In this document: positions 1 to 10,075 of the stretch, one piece after another
Position numbering within the stretch: position 1 is the stretch's first letter
Layout of the letters: the number at the start of each line of letters is the position of its first letter
NCBI GenBank assembly: GCA_050250255.1
Contig: JBFWOZ010000005.1
Span: 1 to 64,000, forward strand
Reading direction: 5' to 3'
Source: Bdellovibrionales bacterium
Lineage (GTDB): Bacteria > Bdellovibrionota > Bdellovibrionia > Bdellovibrionales > DASUEL01
Length of the DNA stretch: 64,000 nt
Notes under the pieces: generated by a model
Told to the model about the DNA's origin: nothing
The model's database searches: none
Seen by the model: the letters and a program-made list of their open reading frames with translations, nothing else
Made by a program: the position numbers and the translations under genes

Positions 1-61
1 CCAACCGAACGGCCTGACTTTTAAAGTCATCAGAATATTTCGAGTAAGACCTAAGTGCCAT
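1..61 (-). CDS. IS3-family transposase OrfA, N-terminal fragment (truncated by window edge)
   Basis: ATG at 61 after AAGGGAG. It translates to MALRSYSKYSDDFKSQAVRL, matching the YSxEFKxxAVRL start of IS3 OrfA HTH proteins. Not in the ORF track. Confidence 0.75.
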   Translation of the reverse strand, partial: MALRSYSKYSDDFKSQAVRL

Positions 62-125
62 AAAATTCTCCCTTTTCTTGGCTAGTTTTTCTTAAAAACG
101 TGTCCATCCAAAGGGGGGAAGATCA
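1..125 (-). mobile_element. IS3-family insertion sequence, left end (rest lies outside the window)
   Basis: The minus strand from 125 reads TGATCTTCCCCCCTTTGGATGGACACGTTTTTAAG, resembling the E. coli IS3 left inverted repeat (TGATCTT...TGGACACG...TAAG). An SD and an OrfA-like start follow. Confidence 0.8.
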
Positions 126-223
126 TACCTCCTAGGTAATAAATTTTCAGAGAACAAATGGCCTTAACAATAAATTTAAAAACCCTAAGCCTTCAACTTC
201 CTCGAAGACTTAGTTATGTTGAA

Positions 224-1585
224 TTATTTTATAACTTCAAAAATCGCTGTCTTATCGGTTCTCTCGAATTCATTGCCAACCTCATCACGAATGGAATTTT
301 CAAACGATGAGTCTAAATGAACCCTAATGAGACGTCCCTGATGAAAACATCCACCTTCTCGTTTGAATAAGTTGTTGAAGTTATATTCCAATGAGTAAAG
401 ATCATCTTTAATCTTCTTTAGGACCTGATTGGAGGAATAACATTCGTTTCGCAAATCTAATTTTATTTCAACATCGGGTCGGATCACCGACCTATCGCTA
501 ATTTTAATAAACAAATTTTGAATAGGGTCCTCTGCTAACAACTTTGATTTCTCAAAAAATACATCCACAATTTTAGGCTTATCTAAATCGGGAGTAAAAC
601 CAGCCTCATTGAGAACCTTCACCTCTACTATTTTCAAATCATACCCGTAATAGACATCGTCCTCATCTCGATAAGCAAATAGTTGTGTTCGATTTCCTTT
701 TATATCGGCCAGCCGTAACGTTTGCAAACGAAGGGTTCCAGCGGGTGCATAGGTCGGAATTTTCAATTTATATTCAAACTTATTGGAAGAAATAACTCGC
801 ACTTCATCACGCAACTCATAAGGGCATTGAAACCAGCCATATTTATTGAAAGTATCATTTCTTTTGTATCCAATTGCTGATCCTACTGATGGCCCCGAAT
901 GTCCACATCTTGTGGAAGCCCAAGAGATGGAGAGAGGATCAACACTCGAGAGTTCATCATCTGCAACAATTGTTAAGGTGACCGTTTCCCCTGGCTTCAC
1001 CTCTGTTCGATCAAAATGAACAGACAGCACTTGAGGACCTTCAAAGTCAATACTGAGGTCTTTGACGATGCCTTCAATGACCTTTATGCCATCAGATTTT
1101 TTGAATGCCGTATAATGAATATACAAAATATTATAGTTTTGATCGATGAGGTAGTAAGTACCTTTTCGAAAGTTGCCGGAGGCCTCTTCGTGCCAAAATC
1201 CTTCTTTACGTACCATAGTCGTTTTCTTCCAACGCATAGAAGGCCATCGACTTTCTAAATACTTTTTCAAGTCCTCTTGAGAGGTAACGCGTGTTCCATC
1301 CAAATCAGGATATAGTCCAAACTCAATTTTAGATGACTCATCCTGATTTGGAATAGTAGTTGAATTATCAAGAGACACTTTATTCGGAGCTTCCTCTAAC
1401 AGTCTCCATGATCTTGGGTAGTCAAAACTGATATTCATCGCCACATTTTGATAGCGAACCATTCCATTACCCTGCTCTACCTCATAAGCTGTGCTGGGAT
1501 TCGCACCAGGACTTTCGCTTGCTTTATTACAACCTGAACCTATTAATGCAGAAAGCACTATTGTTATCCAAATACTTTTTTTCAT
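224..1585 (-). CDS. Hypothetical lipoprotein (PsbP-like N-domain plus two Ig-like repeats)
   Basis: 453 aa with a signal peptide and lipobox LIGSG-C. Internal repeat DFEGPQVLSVHF / DLDKPKIVDVFF. Overlaps the upstream gene by 4 nt. Confidence 0.7.
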   Translation of the reverse strand: MKKSIWITIVLSALIGSGCNKASESPGANPSTAYEVEQGNGMVRYQNVAMNISFDYPRSWRLLEEAPNKVSLDNSTTIPNQDESSKIEFGLYPDLDGTRVTSQEDLKKYLESRWPSMRWKKTTMVRKEGFWHEEASGNFRKGTYYLIDQNYNILYIHYTAFKKSDGIKVIEGIVKDLSIDFEGPQVLSVHFDRTEVKPGETVTLTIVADDELSSVDPLSISWASTRCGHSGPSVGSAIGYKRNDTFNKYGWFQCPYELRDEVRVISSNKFEYKLKIPTYAPAGTLRLQTLRLADIKGNRTQLFAYRDEDDVYYGYDLKIVEVKVLNEAGFTPDLDKPKIVDVFFEKSKLLAEDPIQNLFIKISDRSVIRPDVEIKLDLRNECYSSNQVLKKIKDDLYSLEYNFNNLFKREGGCFHQGRLIRVHLDSSFENSIRDEVGNEFERTDKTAIFEVIK

Positions 1586-2400
1586 TTTTCTCTCCTATTT
1601 AATTTTTCGTGCAATTTAAAAAAACTAACTGATAATTGATATACTTCTTTTTTATTATCACTTTTCATATCTCTTGAAAGACTCCGAACAAACTCTCTGA
1701 TTTTTTCCTTAGCAACAGGCAATTTCTCCGGATCGATCGACAAAGTTAGACCAGAAATATGCCGAGCTTCTACAGGCTCCTCCTCTAACGCAACTATTGC
1801 CATTCTTAATATTTGAGCATGAAATCTTCGAAGGGCACTATTGGCTATATCGTGAGGAGTACTGATGTAAGGTCCCGCCAATCTAACGAAAGTTTCACCT
1901 CTTCGCCCCACAAGGCCAAGATTTATTAAAATCTGCAGCGATTCTCTGACCTTCTTATGGGCAAGTCCAAGTTGCTTCGCAATGCTTACTTCTGTCTTAG
2001 GATGATCACGAATTTCAAGAACCTCAAGAACGGCGCTGTGATGCCAATCAGAAAGAAAACGAAAGTGCTCTAAAGTTAACTTTGTAACTTCCAATTTTTC
2101 TCTCAGATTATGTACTTGTTTATAGTAGTGCTCTTTCAAATGAGGACTTTGTGCACCATCATATTGCGCCAAAAGCAGGAGGTATTCGCCTTCCTGTTGA
2201 GTGAGTTTCAAGCCTTTTATTACTTCTTTCGCCATAGACACAGACGGCCGTCGTTTTTTTTTCAAAATGAGACTCAAAAAAGCGGGACTCATTCCTATAT
2301 GTTTAGCAAAGGCGTTGGAAGAGTATCGAGGATTTACCTCATTTCTTCTTCGAAGCTCAGCTTCTAAAAAATCAGCGATGTGCAAATGTTCAAAAATCAT
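1582..2400 (-). CDS. TIGR02147-family protein (N-terminal HTH plus DUF4423-like domain)
   Basis: NPRYSSNAFAKHIGMSPAFLSLILKKKR HTH, LSDWHHSAVLE and C-terminal VYQLSVSFFKL are typical of this Bdellovibrio/Fibrobacter-expanded family. Confidence 0.85.
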   Translation of the reverse strand: MIFEHLHIADFLEAELRRRNEVNPRYSSNAFAKHIGMSPAFLSLILKKKRRPSVSMAKEVIKGLKLTQQEGEYLLLLAQYDGAQSPHLKEHYYKQVHNLREKLEVTKLTLEHFRFLSDWHHSAVLEVLEIRDHPKTEVSIAKQLGLAHKKVRESLQILINLGLVGRRGETFVRLAGPYISTPHDIANSALRRFHAQILRMAIVALEEEPVEARHISGLTLSIDPEKLPVAKEKIREFVRSLSRDMKSDNKKEVYQLSVSFFKLHEKLNRREK

Positions 2401-2406
2401 TTGCTT

Positions 2407-2471
2407 ATAATGGAAATAAACGCTCGATTAATCAAGAGGTTTGTAAACAAACCGTTTACAACCGTGTAAAC
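2407..2471 (-). promoter_or_regulatory. Putative sigma70 promoter with three TGTAAAC operator boxes
   Basis: Minus strand TTGATT-N17-CATTAT ends 6 nt before the ATG. Boxes: TGTAAAC 2442-2448, GTTTACA 2454-2460, TGTAAAC 2465-2471. Confidence 0.55.
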
Positions 2472-2502
2472 AAAAACCCCCAACTTTTGGCTGAGGGTTT
2501 TT
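2472..2502 (-). terminator. Intrinsic terminator after the OPT gene
   Basis: Imperfect AAAAACCC...GGGTTTTT hairpin with A/T tracts on both sides, just past the OPT stop codon. Confidence 0.55.
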
Positions 2503-2531
2503 ATTCAAAGAATTTTAAAAGCAAAAAGTGT

Positions 2532-4685
2532 TTAGGATTTTTTATTCAACATCCAGCCACGGCCGACACTATAAAGTGAAAGCACCATTAAACCAAACAC
2601 GGTGTAAGCAAACACTTCCCCACCTTGGAAAATCGCACTCATGTCGAGCGCTTTTGTAATGTTCTCATTGAGTGACAAGAGAGCAATACAGATACCTGCA
2701 ATCGCACCACCGGCAATCAAACCGCTGGAGTAGAGAACGCCCGGTGAAGAATCTGAATCTTCTTCTCTTCGTCGACCTTGAGCTGCGCGATCCACCAACC
2801 AACGAGTGAGACCACCGAAGAAAATCGGAGCCGATACAGAAATTGGTAAGTACACGCCAACCGCAAATGGCAACGAAGCCACACCACAAAATTCAAGGAC
2901 GATTGAAATAAAGGCACCAATCAACACCAATGCCCACGGAAGTTTTTGCGTGAGAATTCCGTCAATGATGAGAGACATCAAACGCGCTTTTGGAGCTTCG
3001 TACTTCTGCACAGTCGTACCGTCATCACGCGCCTTAAGCACCCCGTTCACACCTGGATCTACGAGATACACAATGTGTCCTGTAGAATCCACAAGGTATT
3101 TCCCTGCAGCGACAGCACCTTGAGGTTCCGTCAACTGAAGCACATGATATTCTTGAGAGTCATGAGCCGCTTCAGGGCCTTTTACATTTTGCTTTTGTGG
3201 AAGTTGACTCACATCAAACTGTACTTCTGGAAAACTCTTCTTTGCGTAGATGGTTGAAGCATCGTTCAAAAGAAGAAGCGTGTAACCAATCACGATTGCA
3301 GAAGTCACAGAACCAATAAGAATTGCGATCTGCTGCGCGCTTGGAGTCGCACCGACGAGAAACCCTGTTTTCAAATCCTGCGAAGTTGTTCCCCCGTTAG
3401 AAGCCGCAATACACACAATCGCCGCAACGCTAAGAGCGGTTAGGCGATAGCTCGCTCCAACCCATCCGATCATCACAAAAATCAAACATGTAAGAAGAAG
3501 AGTCGCAACCGTCATTCCCGAAATGGGGTTTGAAGAAGAACCAATCTCCCCTGTTAATCGAGAAGAAACCGTCACAAATAAAAATCCAAAAAACACGATT
3601 AAAAGTGCGCCAAGAAGATTCATATGAAGTGAAGGTGTAGCCCAAATCGCCACGATAATCGCAACAACTCCTAAGAACACAAAAGTCATAGGAAGGTCAC
3701 GATCCGTTCTTAAGCTACTTGGTCCATGACCGCCAGCTTTCATTCCACTGATACTTGCCGCGAGAGAGCGGCCAATCACCGGAAGACTGCGGAAAAGACT
3801 GATAATACCACCGGCCGCTACCGAACCCGCACCGATATAAAGAACGTAGTTCTTCCAAATTTCATGCACCGACATTTCGGAAATTAATTTTGTTGCTGGA
3901 AAAAGTGGCGCCGACAAAGCGCTACCAAATAAAGTAATTGCAGGAGTTAAAACAAACGCCGAAAGCACACCGCCACCAAAGGTGATCAAAGCGATACGCG
4001 GACCAATAATGTAACCGACCCCAAGTAACTCTGGAGAAACCTCTGTCGCGAAGTAAGAACCTTTGTACCAAGTAAAAATTCTCTCAGGTGCATCCGTCCA
4101 CAGTTTTGCGCCAACGTTCAATACTTTATAAACCAAAGCCACAAAGAATCCAGTAAAGACCGTAATGGCGCTTGTTCCACCTTTTTCACCTACAATGAGA
4201 ACTTCCGCACAGGCCGTTCCTTCAGGGTATGGAAGAACTTTGTGGTTCTTAACAATCAAAGCCCATCGAAGAGGGATCATCATCAAAATTCCAAGAAGCG
4301 CTCCAAGAATTGAAACCAGCATGATCCGAGAAATTTCCATCTCGTAACCTAAAATCAAAAGGGCTGGCATCGTAACCGCCACACCAAACGCGATCGACTC
4401 GCCAGCAGAACCTGTCGTCTGCACGATATTATTCTCAAGAATTGTGGCCGGTCTTAAACCAAACACTTTCGAAACGGCTTTAAAAAGAGTGATCGATAAA
4501 ACTGCTATAGGGATGGAAGCACTTACAGTCATACCCACTTTGAGTGCGAGATAAAGTGAAGAAGCTCCAAAAATAATTCCCAGCACCGCACCTACCAAAA
4601 TAGGAAGTAGTGTGAGTTCAGGAATGCTGCTCGAAGGGGGGACAAATGGTTTATGCTCCACCATTCCTTGATCTCGTTCTGACAT
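2532..4685 (-). CDS. OPT-family oligopeptide transporter
   Basis: 717-aa polytopic membrane protein with ENNIVQTTGSAGES, YPEGTACAEVL, SSNPISGMT and SQDLKTGFLVGATP motifs. Confidence 0.95.
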   Translation of the reverse strand: MSERDQGMVEHKPFVPPSSSIPELTLLPILVGAVLGIIFGASSLYLALKVGMTVSASIPIAVLSITLFKAVSKVFGLRPATILENNIVQTTGSAGESIAFGVAVTMPALLILGYEMEISRIMLVSILGALLGILMMIPLRWALIVKNHKVLPYPEGTACAEVLIVGEKGGTSAITVFTGFFVALVYKVLNVGAKLWTDAPERIFTWYKGSYFATEVSPELLGVGYIIGPRIALITFGGGVLSAFVLTPAITLFGSALSAPLFPATKLISEMSVHEIWKNYVLYIGAGSVAAGGIISLFRSLPVIGRSLAASISGMKAGGHGPSSLRTDRDLPMTFVFLGVVAIIVAIWATPSLHMNLLGALLIVFFGFLFVTVSSRLTGEIGSSSNPISGMTVATLLLTCLIFVMIGWVGASYRLTALSVAAIVCIAASNGGTTSQDLKTGFLVGATPSAQQIAILIGSVTSAIVIGYTLLLLNDASTIYAKKSFPEVQFDVSQLPQKQNVKGPEAAHDSQEYHVLQLTEPQGAVAAGKYLVDSTGHIVYLVDPGVNGVLKARDDGTTVQKYEAPKARLMSLIIDGILTQKLPWALVLIGAFISIVLEFCGVASLPFAVGVYLPISVSAPIFFGGLTRWLVDRAAQGRRREEDSDSSPGVLYSSGLIAGGAIAGICIALLSLNENITKALDMSAIFQGGEVFAYTVFGLMVLSLYSVGRGWMLNKKS

Positions 4686-4823
4686 AGTAAATCTCCTTTA
4701 GTAGGTCATTGAAAGTATCGATTAGATGCCGTTCACAGGGACCTCTGTCAATCCTTGGCCAAGAGGAACCCAAAGGTTACGACTCGGCGTACAAAGATCA
4801 GTACAATTATAAGCATAATGACC

Positions 4824-5699
4824 CTAGGAAACCGGAGGTATGACGATGGGTTTTTGCCTTAAAAGATCTAACACAAACACCAGAAGACCCGCCCATATAA
4901 ACCCAAAACTCACTGCCTGAACGAGGCCAAAAGGCTCGTGGAAGATCAAAACCGCCTGCAGGAACTGCAAGGTGGGAGAAATAAATTGGAAAATGCCCAG
5001 AAGAGAGAGCGGTACTCTCATCGCCGCCTCTGCAAACCACCAGAGAGGTAGCCCCGTTACCACTCCTCCAAAAGCTAAAAGTGCATAGGTCGTCCAATCC
5101 CAGTTCGCGGACTCCCCATGAAGAGAAAATGCATACAGAAGGGCCGGCAGGGCAAGAACCAAGGTTTCAATGAATGATGTTTCAATAGCCGGTGCTTTCA
5201 TGATTTTTCTCAACAGACCATAAAAACCAAAAGTGATCGCTAAAAAGAGCGAAACCCAAATCTCTTGCACCTGCAAAGCCATAATCAAAACACCACAAGA
5301 CGCTAAAGCAACTGCCACCCATTTCGAACGACTTAATCGTTCCTTCAAAATTAAAAATCCAATAAGCACATTCACAAGTGGATTAATAAAATATCCAAGA
5401 CTTGACTCCAGAACGTGGCCCGAGTTCACACTCCAAATATAGACATACCAATTGCCGCAGACGAGAAGCGATGCCGCCACAACTTGCATGAGCAAATGTC
5501 GGGTCCATACTGTTTTAGTTTTAGGCTTACGAAAAAGAAAGAACCAGATAAGGCAGTAAAAAACTAACGACCACACAATCCGGTGAGATAATATGTGATC
5601 AGGCCTTACGTGCGAAAGAAGCTTCCAATAGAGAGGGATAAATCCCCAAGTAATGTAAGCTCCCAAAGCATAAAAATATCCAGCTTTCAAAGAGCTCAA
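4824..5699 (-). CDS. rarD: EamA-family transporter RarD
   Basis: WGFIPLYWK, HRIVWS, SLGYFINPLVNV and GIFQFISPTLQF motifs. Confidence 0.92.
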   Translation of the reverse strand: MSSLKAGYFYALGAYITWGFIPLYWKLLSHVRPDHILSHRIVWSLVFYCLIWFFLFRKPKTKTVWTRHLLMQVVAASLLVCGNWYVYIWSVNSGHVLESSLGYFINPLVNVLIGFLILKERLSRSKWVAVALASCGVLIMALQVQEIWVSLFLAITFGFYGLLRKIMKAPAIETSFIETLVLALPALLYAFSLHGESANWDWTTYALLAFGGVVTGLPLWWFAEAAMRVPLSLLGIFQFISPTLQFLQAVLIFHEPFGLVQAVSFGFIWAGLLVFVLDLLRQKPIVIPPVS

Positions 5700-7078
5700 C
5701 TGCGACCGTAGTCATCCTGGTATCGAACAATGTCATCTTCACCAAAATAACTACCCACTTGCACTTCGACAAATTCAACAGGTTTGTTCGTTAAGTTACG
5801 CATACGATGTTTCGATCCCTTAGGAATGTAAATATGCTCACCTTGTTTTACCGATACCTCTTTGTCGTTCAACACAACCGTGGCGTCACCTTCTACAACA
5901 ATCCAGTGCTCTGCACGTTTTGCATGTGACTGATAAGAAATCTGCTGACCAGCCTCAATGCGAATCACCTTCACCTTAAAACGATCGTCATCTTCTAAAA
6001 TACGATACTCACCCCAAGGTCTATGATCAAAAATATGTTCTTTGGCCGTAAGATTATTTTTTTCTTCTAGCTGTTTTACAATCGGCCCTACTTTTTGGCT
6101 GCTGAGCCGATCTGTTACCAAAAGCGCATCGGGCGTATCCACCACGATCAAATCTTTCACACCCACTAAAGCGACCGTCTTTTTCTCGCTAGATTTAAAA
6201 ACAAAATTATTCTCAGCTCCTTCCGAAACAACGGATTGCGGCCCCTGTTTTACAAGCTCAGAAATTTCTTTCCATGATCCGACGTCGCTCCAACCAAAAT
6301 CACAAGGGATACAGTCAATTTCGGCACTGATCTTTTCCATGATTCCATAGTCAATACTGATTGAAGGTAAACTTTCATACACAGTCTTGAGATTCGTATG
6401 ATCCTTTTTCAGTGTTGCAAACTGTCTCCAAAGCTCAGGCATATGTTTTTCAAAGTGGTGAGCCATCACATCTGCACGAAATACAAAAATCCCAGCGTTC
6501 CAAAGAAATTTTCCGGACTCGACATATGCTTCCGCGCGTTTCACGTCAGGCTTTTCATGAAAGCATACGCTTGGATGAGATTTATGACTGCCAAATGATC
6601 CATTGGCGGCTTCTTGAATTTCGATATAGCCGTAACCGGTTGCGGGAAAACTTGGTTGAATACCAATTGTCACCACACGACCTTCTTTAGCGCGAATTTC
6701 TGCAAGCTTGAGGACTTCTAAAAATACTTTTTGATTTTGAACAAGATGATCGGCGGGAAAAATTCCTACGATCTCGCTCCCCTGCCCACTCGCGATGAGT
6801 TCGTAACAAATCCAAGCGACAGAAGCGGCCGTATTTTTTCCAAATGGTTCAAAAAGAAGGCGCCCTGGTTTTTGCGAGACTTCTTGATAGGCTTTATCGA
6901 GAAGAGTTTTCTGAGAACCGACCGTTACAACACCCACCTCTCCCAACGCGCTTAGTCTTTTGATCGTTTTTGCCATCAAAGATTCATCAAAAAAATAGCA
7001 ATAGGGTTTAGGGAAGCTTTCCCTCGACACAGGCCAGAGCCGTGTTCCTTTTCCGCCAGACATAATGAAAGGTTTCAT
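5696..7078 (-). CDS. manC: Mannose-1-phosphate guanylyltransferase / mannose-6-phosphate isomerase
   Basis: [35 protein letters not shown] and WSDVGSW, plus a C-terminal cupin (RPWG...EHW). Start moved to ATG 7078, which has a GAGG SD. Confidence 0.93.
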   Translation of the reverse strand: MKPFIMSGGKGTRLWPVSRESFPKPYCYFFDESLMAKTIKRLSALGEVGVVTVGSQKTLLDKAYQEVSQKPGRLLFEPFGKNTAASVAWICYELIASGQGSEIVGIFPADHLVQNQKVFLEVLKLAEIRAKEGRVVTIGIQPSFPATGYGYIEIQEAANGSFGSHKSHPSVCFHEKPDVKRAEAYVESGKFLWNAGIFVFRADVMAHHFEKHMPELWRQFATLKKDHTNLKTVYESLPSISIDYGIMEKISAEIDCIPCDFGWSDVGSWKEISELVKQGPQSVVSEGAENNFVFKSSEKKTVALVGVKDLIVVDTPDALLVTDRLSSQKVGPIVKQLEEKNNLTAKEHIFDHRPWGEYRILEDDDRFKVKVIRIEAGQQISYQSHAKRAEHWIVVEGDATVVLNDKEVSVKQGEHIYIPKGSKHRMRNLTNKPVEFVEVQVGSYFGEDDIVRYQDDYGRS

Positions 7079-7205
7079 TTTTTCGCCTCTACTTCGAAGA
7101 TTTACGCTAAGTTTATTTGTCCTAAAAGGGAATTTCAATTTGCCTAAGCTAACTTTGGGCGTTATTTTTTCCCTTCTTAAGCCTACAAATGAGGAGCTTC
7201 AAATC

Positions 7206-8084
7206 ATGAGTCGTAAAGGGATTATTCTCGCGGGTGGATCTGGAACAAGGCTGTACCCTCTCACACGTGCTGTCAGTAAGCAGATGATGCCCATTTACGA
7301 TAAACCCATGATTTATTATCCTCTCTCGGTTCTCATGTTGTCTGGTATTCGAGAAATACTTGTGATCTCCACTCCCCGCGATCTTCCAGGGTTTCGTGAG
7401 CTTTTAGGTGATGGTTCTCAGTGGGGTGTAAGATTTGAGTACGCCGAACAGCCAAAACCCGAAGGCCTCGCACAATCTTTTATTATTGGTCGTGAGTTTG
7501 TAGGACGCGCTCCTGTCACTCTCGTCCTCGGTGATAACATCTTTTACGGAGATGGCCTGGGTCGCTTCCTGGAAGATGCTTACAAACAAGAAAAAGGCGC
7601 TACCGTCTTTGGATACTGGGTGAAACGCCCCGAAGCCTATGGCGTCGTGGAACTCGATAAAAACACTGAAAAAGCTATTAGCATCGAAGAAAAACCTCTC
7701 AAGCCTAAGTCCCACTATGCGGTTACCGGGCTTTACTATTACGACAACCAAGTGCTCGACATCGCCCGCGACCTTAAGCCTTCTAAACGTGGTGAACTCG
7801 AAATCACCGACGTCAACAATGTGTACTTAAAAATGAATCAACTCGCTGTCACTCTCATGGGCCGCGGTTATGCCTGGCTCGATACTGGCTCACACGAAGC
7901 TCTACTAGCTGCTTCAAACTTTATTCACACAATTGAACAACGTCAGGGCCTTCGTATTGCGTGCGTTGAAGAAATCGCCTATCGAAAGAAATTTATTAAT
8001 GCCGAGCAACTCGAAAAACTTGCACAGCCACTGAAAAATAGTGGTTATGGTCAGTACTTATTAGACCTTCTTAGGGAAAGTTAA
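7206..8084 (+). CDS. rfbA: Glucose-1-phosphate thymidylyltransferase
   Basis: [31 protein letters not shown] and WLDTG. Start moved to ATG 7206 after GAGGAG. Confidence 0.97.
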   Translation: MSRKGIILAGGSGTRLYPLTRAVSKQMMPIYDKPMIYYPLSVLMLSGIREILVISTPRDLPGFRELLGDGSQWGVRFEYAEQPKPEGLAQSFIIGREFVGRAPVTLVLGDNIFYGDGLGRFLEDAYKQEKGATVFGYWVKRPEAYGVVELDKNTEKAISIEEKPLKPKSHYAVTGLYYYDNQVLDIARDLKPSKRGELEITDVNNVYLKMNQLAVTLMGRGYAWLDTGSHEALLAASNFIHTIEQRQGLRIACVEEIAYRKKFINAEQLEKLAQPLKNSGYGQYLLDLLRES

Positions 8085-8239
8085 ATTTCATCTCCTCCAA
8101 AAGTGCCCACTTCATTGGGCAAAATGTCCCAATTTTTTTGCTAAGAACCTATATACCAGCGATAAGGCAGATCAGTGCTTGAAACGCTTTTTGCATAAGA
8201 CTGCGAAAGAGTTCGGGCACTATAACTTAGGAGTAATAT

Positions 8240-8893
8240 ATGGTTCACTTGCTTAAATCGTTTCTTACAGTTCTTATTCTGACTTTCACAGCCACTTCCC
8301 AAGCAGCTTTTATTTTGAATCTCGAACTGGATCCATCAAAAGCTATAAACAAAGTCAAAATAGCCAAGTCTGCGATGACCAACACATCCCAAGGGGAAGC
8401 CCCTATCGCTTTCACGGGTGCTGGCACTCGGATTAAAACAGTGTTCGTCGATGTGAAAGTTTACGTCGCCCAGCTCTTCGTATCAAATTTGTCACAGTTT
8501 CAAAGGACAGAGGCAGGTGCGCTTCCATCTTTGGACGACTCAGGTCGTGTAGCTATTCACATAACATTTTTGCGAGACATTGATGCTGCTATGACTAGAA
8601 CCAGCTTAACAAATGCTCTGGCTCGCAATCATGTGAACACTCAACGCAAAGAATTCACAGATTTATTAAACGCTATTGAAAGCATGGGAAATGCCACCAA
8701 AGGGGATCAAGTTGCAATTCTTTCTGAGCGTCAACAAGACGGAACAGAGTTCATTATGGTCGATAATTACAAAGGAACTCAACTTTCCGTTGTTGGTCCC
8801 GCAGGTTTTGCACGCGACTTTTTTAGTATTTGGCTGGGAATCGTGAAAGACAGCGATTTAAAACTCAAAAGAAATCTCATAGGAATTCCGTAA
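8240..8893 (+). CDS. Secreted chalcone-isomerase-like fold protein
   Basis: Signal peptide, GAGTRIKTVFVDVKVYVAQLF and FFSIWLG...LKRNLIG patterns of the bacterial CHI-like family. Confidence 0.8.
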   Translation: MVHLLKSFLTVLILTFTATSQAAFILNLELDPSKAINKVKIAKSAMTNTSQGEAPIAFTGAGTRIKTVFVDVKVYVAQLFVSNLSQFQRTEAGALPSLDDSGRVAIHITFLRDIDAAMTRTSLTNALARNHVNTQRKEFTDLLNAIESMGNATKGDQVAILSERQQDGTEFIMVDNYKGTQLSVVGPAGFARDFFSIWLGIVKDSDLKLKRNLIGIP

Positions 8894-8903
8894 TAGAATT
8901 TTT

Positions 8904-8929
8904 AATAGAGGCGCGTTTGTGCCTCTATT
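8904..8929. terminator. Hairpin between convergent genes (probable bidirectional terminator)
   Basis: AATAGAGGCGC-GTTT-GTGCCTCTATT. Confidence 0.6.
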
Positions 8930-9482
8930 TGATAAGAGAGTTAAGATAGGATTTCACTTCGTCGGAATCCCAGTCGACCGCATTCACAACTTTTTTCTTA
9001 AGTTTAAAGTCAGAACCAAAAATGTAAGTCTCAGGCATACGAACAGTCCCATAAAGTTTTGCAATTTTGATTTCAGGATCCCACAAGTGATGGGCGTGCT
9101 GAACTTCTCCCTTAAACGATTTCACGAAGTCTAAAACATCCTGCTTCCGCTCATCTGCCGCAATCGTTACAAGCTTCACTTTTCCATCAAAACTATTCAC
9201 AAGCCTCAGCATTGACGGAAATTCGGTCACGCAGGGTGCACACCATGTGGCCCAAAAGTTCACGAGAACAACCGAGCCTCTCGTCGATGAAAGAACAAAG
9301 GGCTGACCTTCTAAAGTCGGTAATTCAAACTCAGGTGCGCCTTGCGTTTCCATTTTATCTAAAAGGGCCACGGGTGCTGTATTCTCCTCGTAGGAGAGTC
9401 TTTGGCCGTACTTGAGCCATATGATCATAAAAATCACGGCCATTACAAAAGCGGCAACAAGGCCTTTCATTAATGCATTCAT
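8925..9482 (-). CDS. TlpA/ResA-family thiol:disulfide oxidoreductase
   Basis: N-terminal membrane anchor, VNFWATWCAPC and MPETY. Confidence 0.92.
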   Translation of the reverse strand: MNALMKGLVAAFVMAVIFMIIWLKYGQRLSYEENTAPVALLDKMETQGAPEFELPTLEGQPFVLSSTRGSVVLVNFWATWCAPCVTEFPSMLRLVNSFDGKVKLVTIAADERKQDVLDFVKSFKGEVQHAHHLWDPEIKIAKLYGTVRMPETYIFGSDFKLKKKVVNAVDWDSDEVKSYLNSLIK

Positions 9483-9570
9483 ATTTTCTATTTAGCCGTT
9501 GAAATAGGCTGCAGGCAAAAAAAAAGGAGCGTCTTTCACACCCCTTTTTCTCTTTTCTTACGAAAGCTGA

Positions 9571-10047
9571 TTAAGCCTTAGCCTTTGCTTTCTTTGCAGG
9601 AGCTGCTTCAGACTTTGCAGCCTTCTTAGCAGAAGCCGCTTTTGTCTTTTTAGCAGCTTTTGCTGGAACCACTTCCTTACTTGAAAAGTTTGTCCAATCT
9701 AAAAGTTCAATAACCGCCATTTCGGCACGGTCGCCTAAGCGAGTTCCCAACTTCATAATGCGCGTGTAACCACCATTACGATCTTTGAAGTGCGGAGCGA
9801 TCTGAGTAACGATCTTTTCAACCGTCTTAAGATTTGGATAACGAGAAAGAAGAAGTCTCTTTGCATGCAAAGTATTCTTTTTTCCAAGGGTAATGGCTTT
9901 TTCCGCATGACGACGTAACTCTTTTGCTTTCGCAACCGTTGTCGTAATACGACCATGTTCTACTAAAGAGTTCACAAGGCTACGAAGAAGCGCATTTCTT
10001 GCGTTTGTCGCTCGGCCAAATGTACTGACTCTTGCTCTATGTTTCAT
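9571..10047 (-). CDS. rplQ: 50S ribosomal protein L17
   Basis: RITTTVAKAKELR and RNGGYTRI, with an Ala/Lys-rich tail. Confidence 0.98.
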   Translation of the reverse strand: MKHRARVSTFGRATNARNALLRSLVNSLVEHGRITTTVAKAKELRRHAEKAITLGKKNTLHAKRLLLSRYPNLKTVEKIVTQIAPHFKDRNGGYTRIMKLGTRLGDRAEMAVIELLDWTNFSSKEVVPAKAAKKTKAASAKKAAKSEAAPAKKAKAKA

Positions 10048-10075
10048 ACAACTTCCTCTAAACTCTCTAGATCAA

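Noticed and set aside
7065..7205. Overlapping N-terminal extensions of manC and rfbA given by the ORF track
   Set aside because: SD-supported internal ATGs (7078 and 7206) match the family N-termini and leave a normal divergent intergenic region.
8180..8195. Sigma54-like site TGAAACGCTTTTTGCA before the CHI-like gene (and TGGAATACTTCTTGTA at 62270)
   Set aside because: Each misses one of the near-invariant GG or GC dinucleotides.
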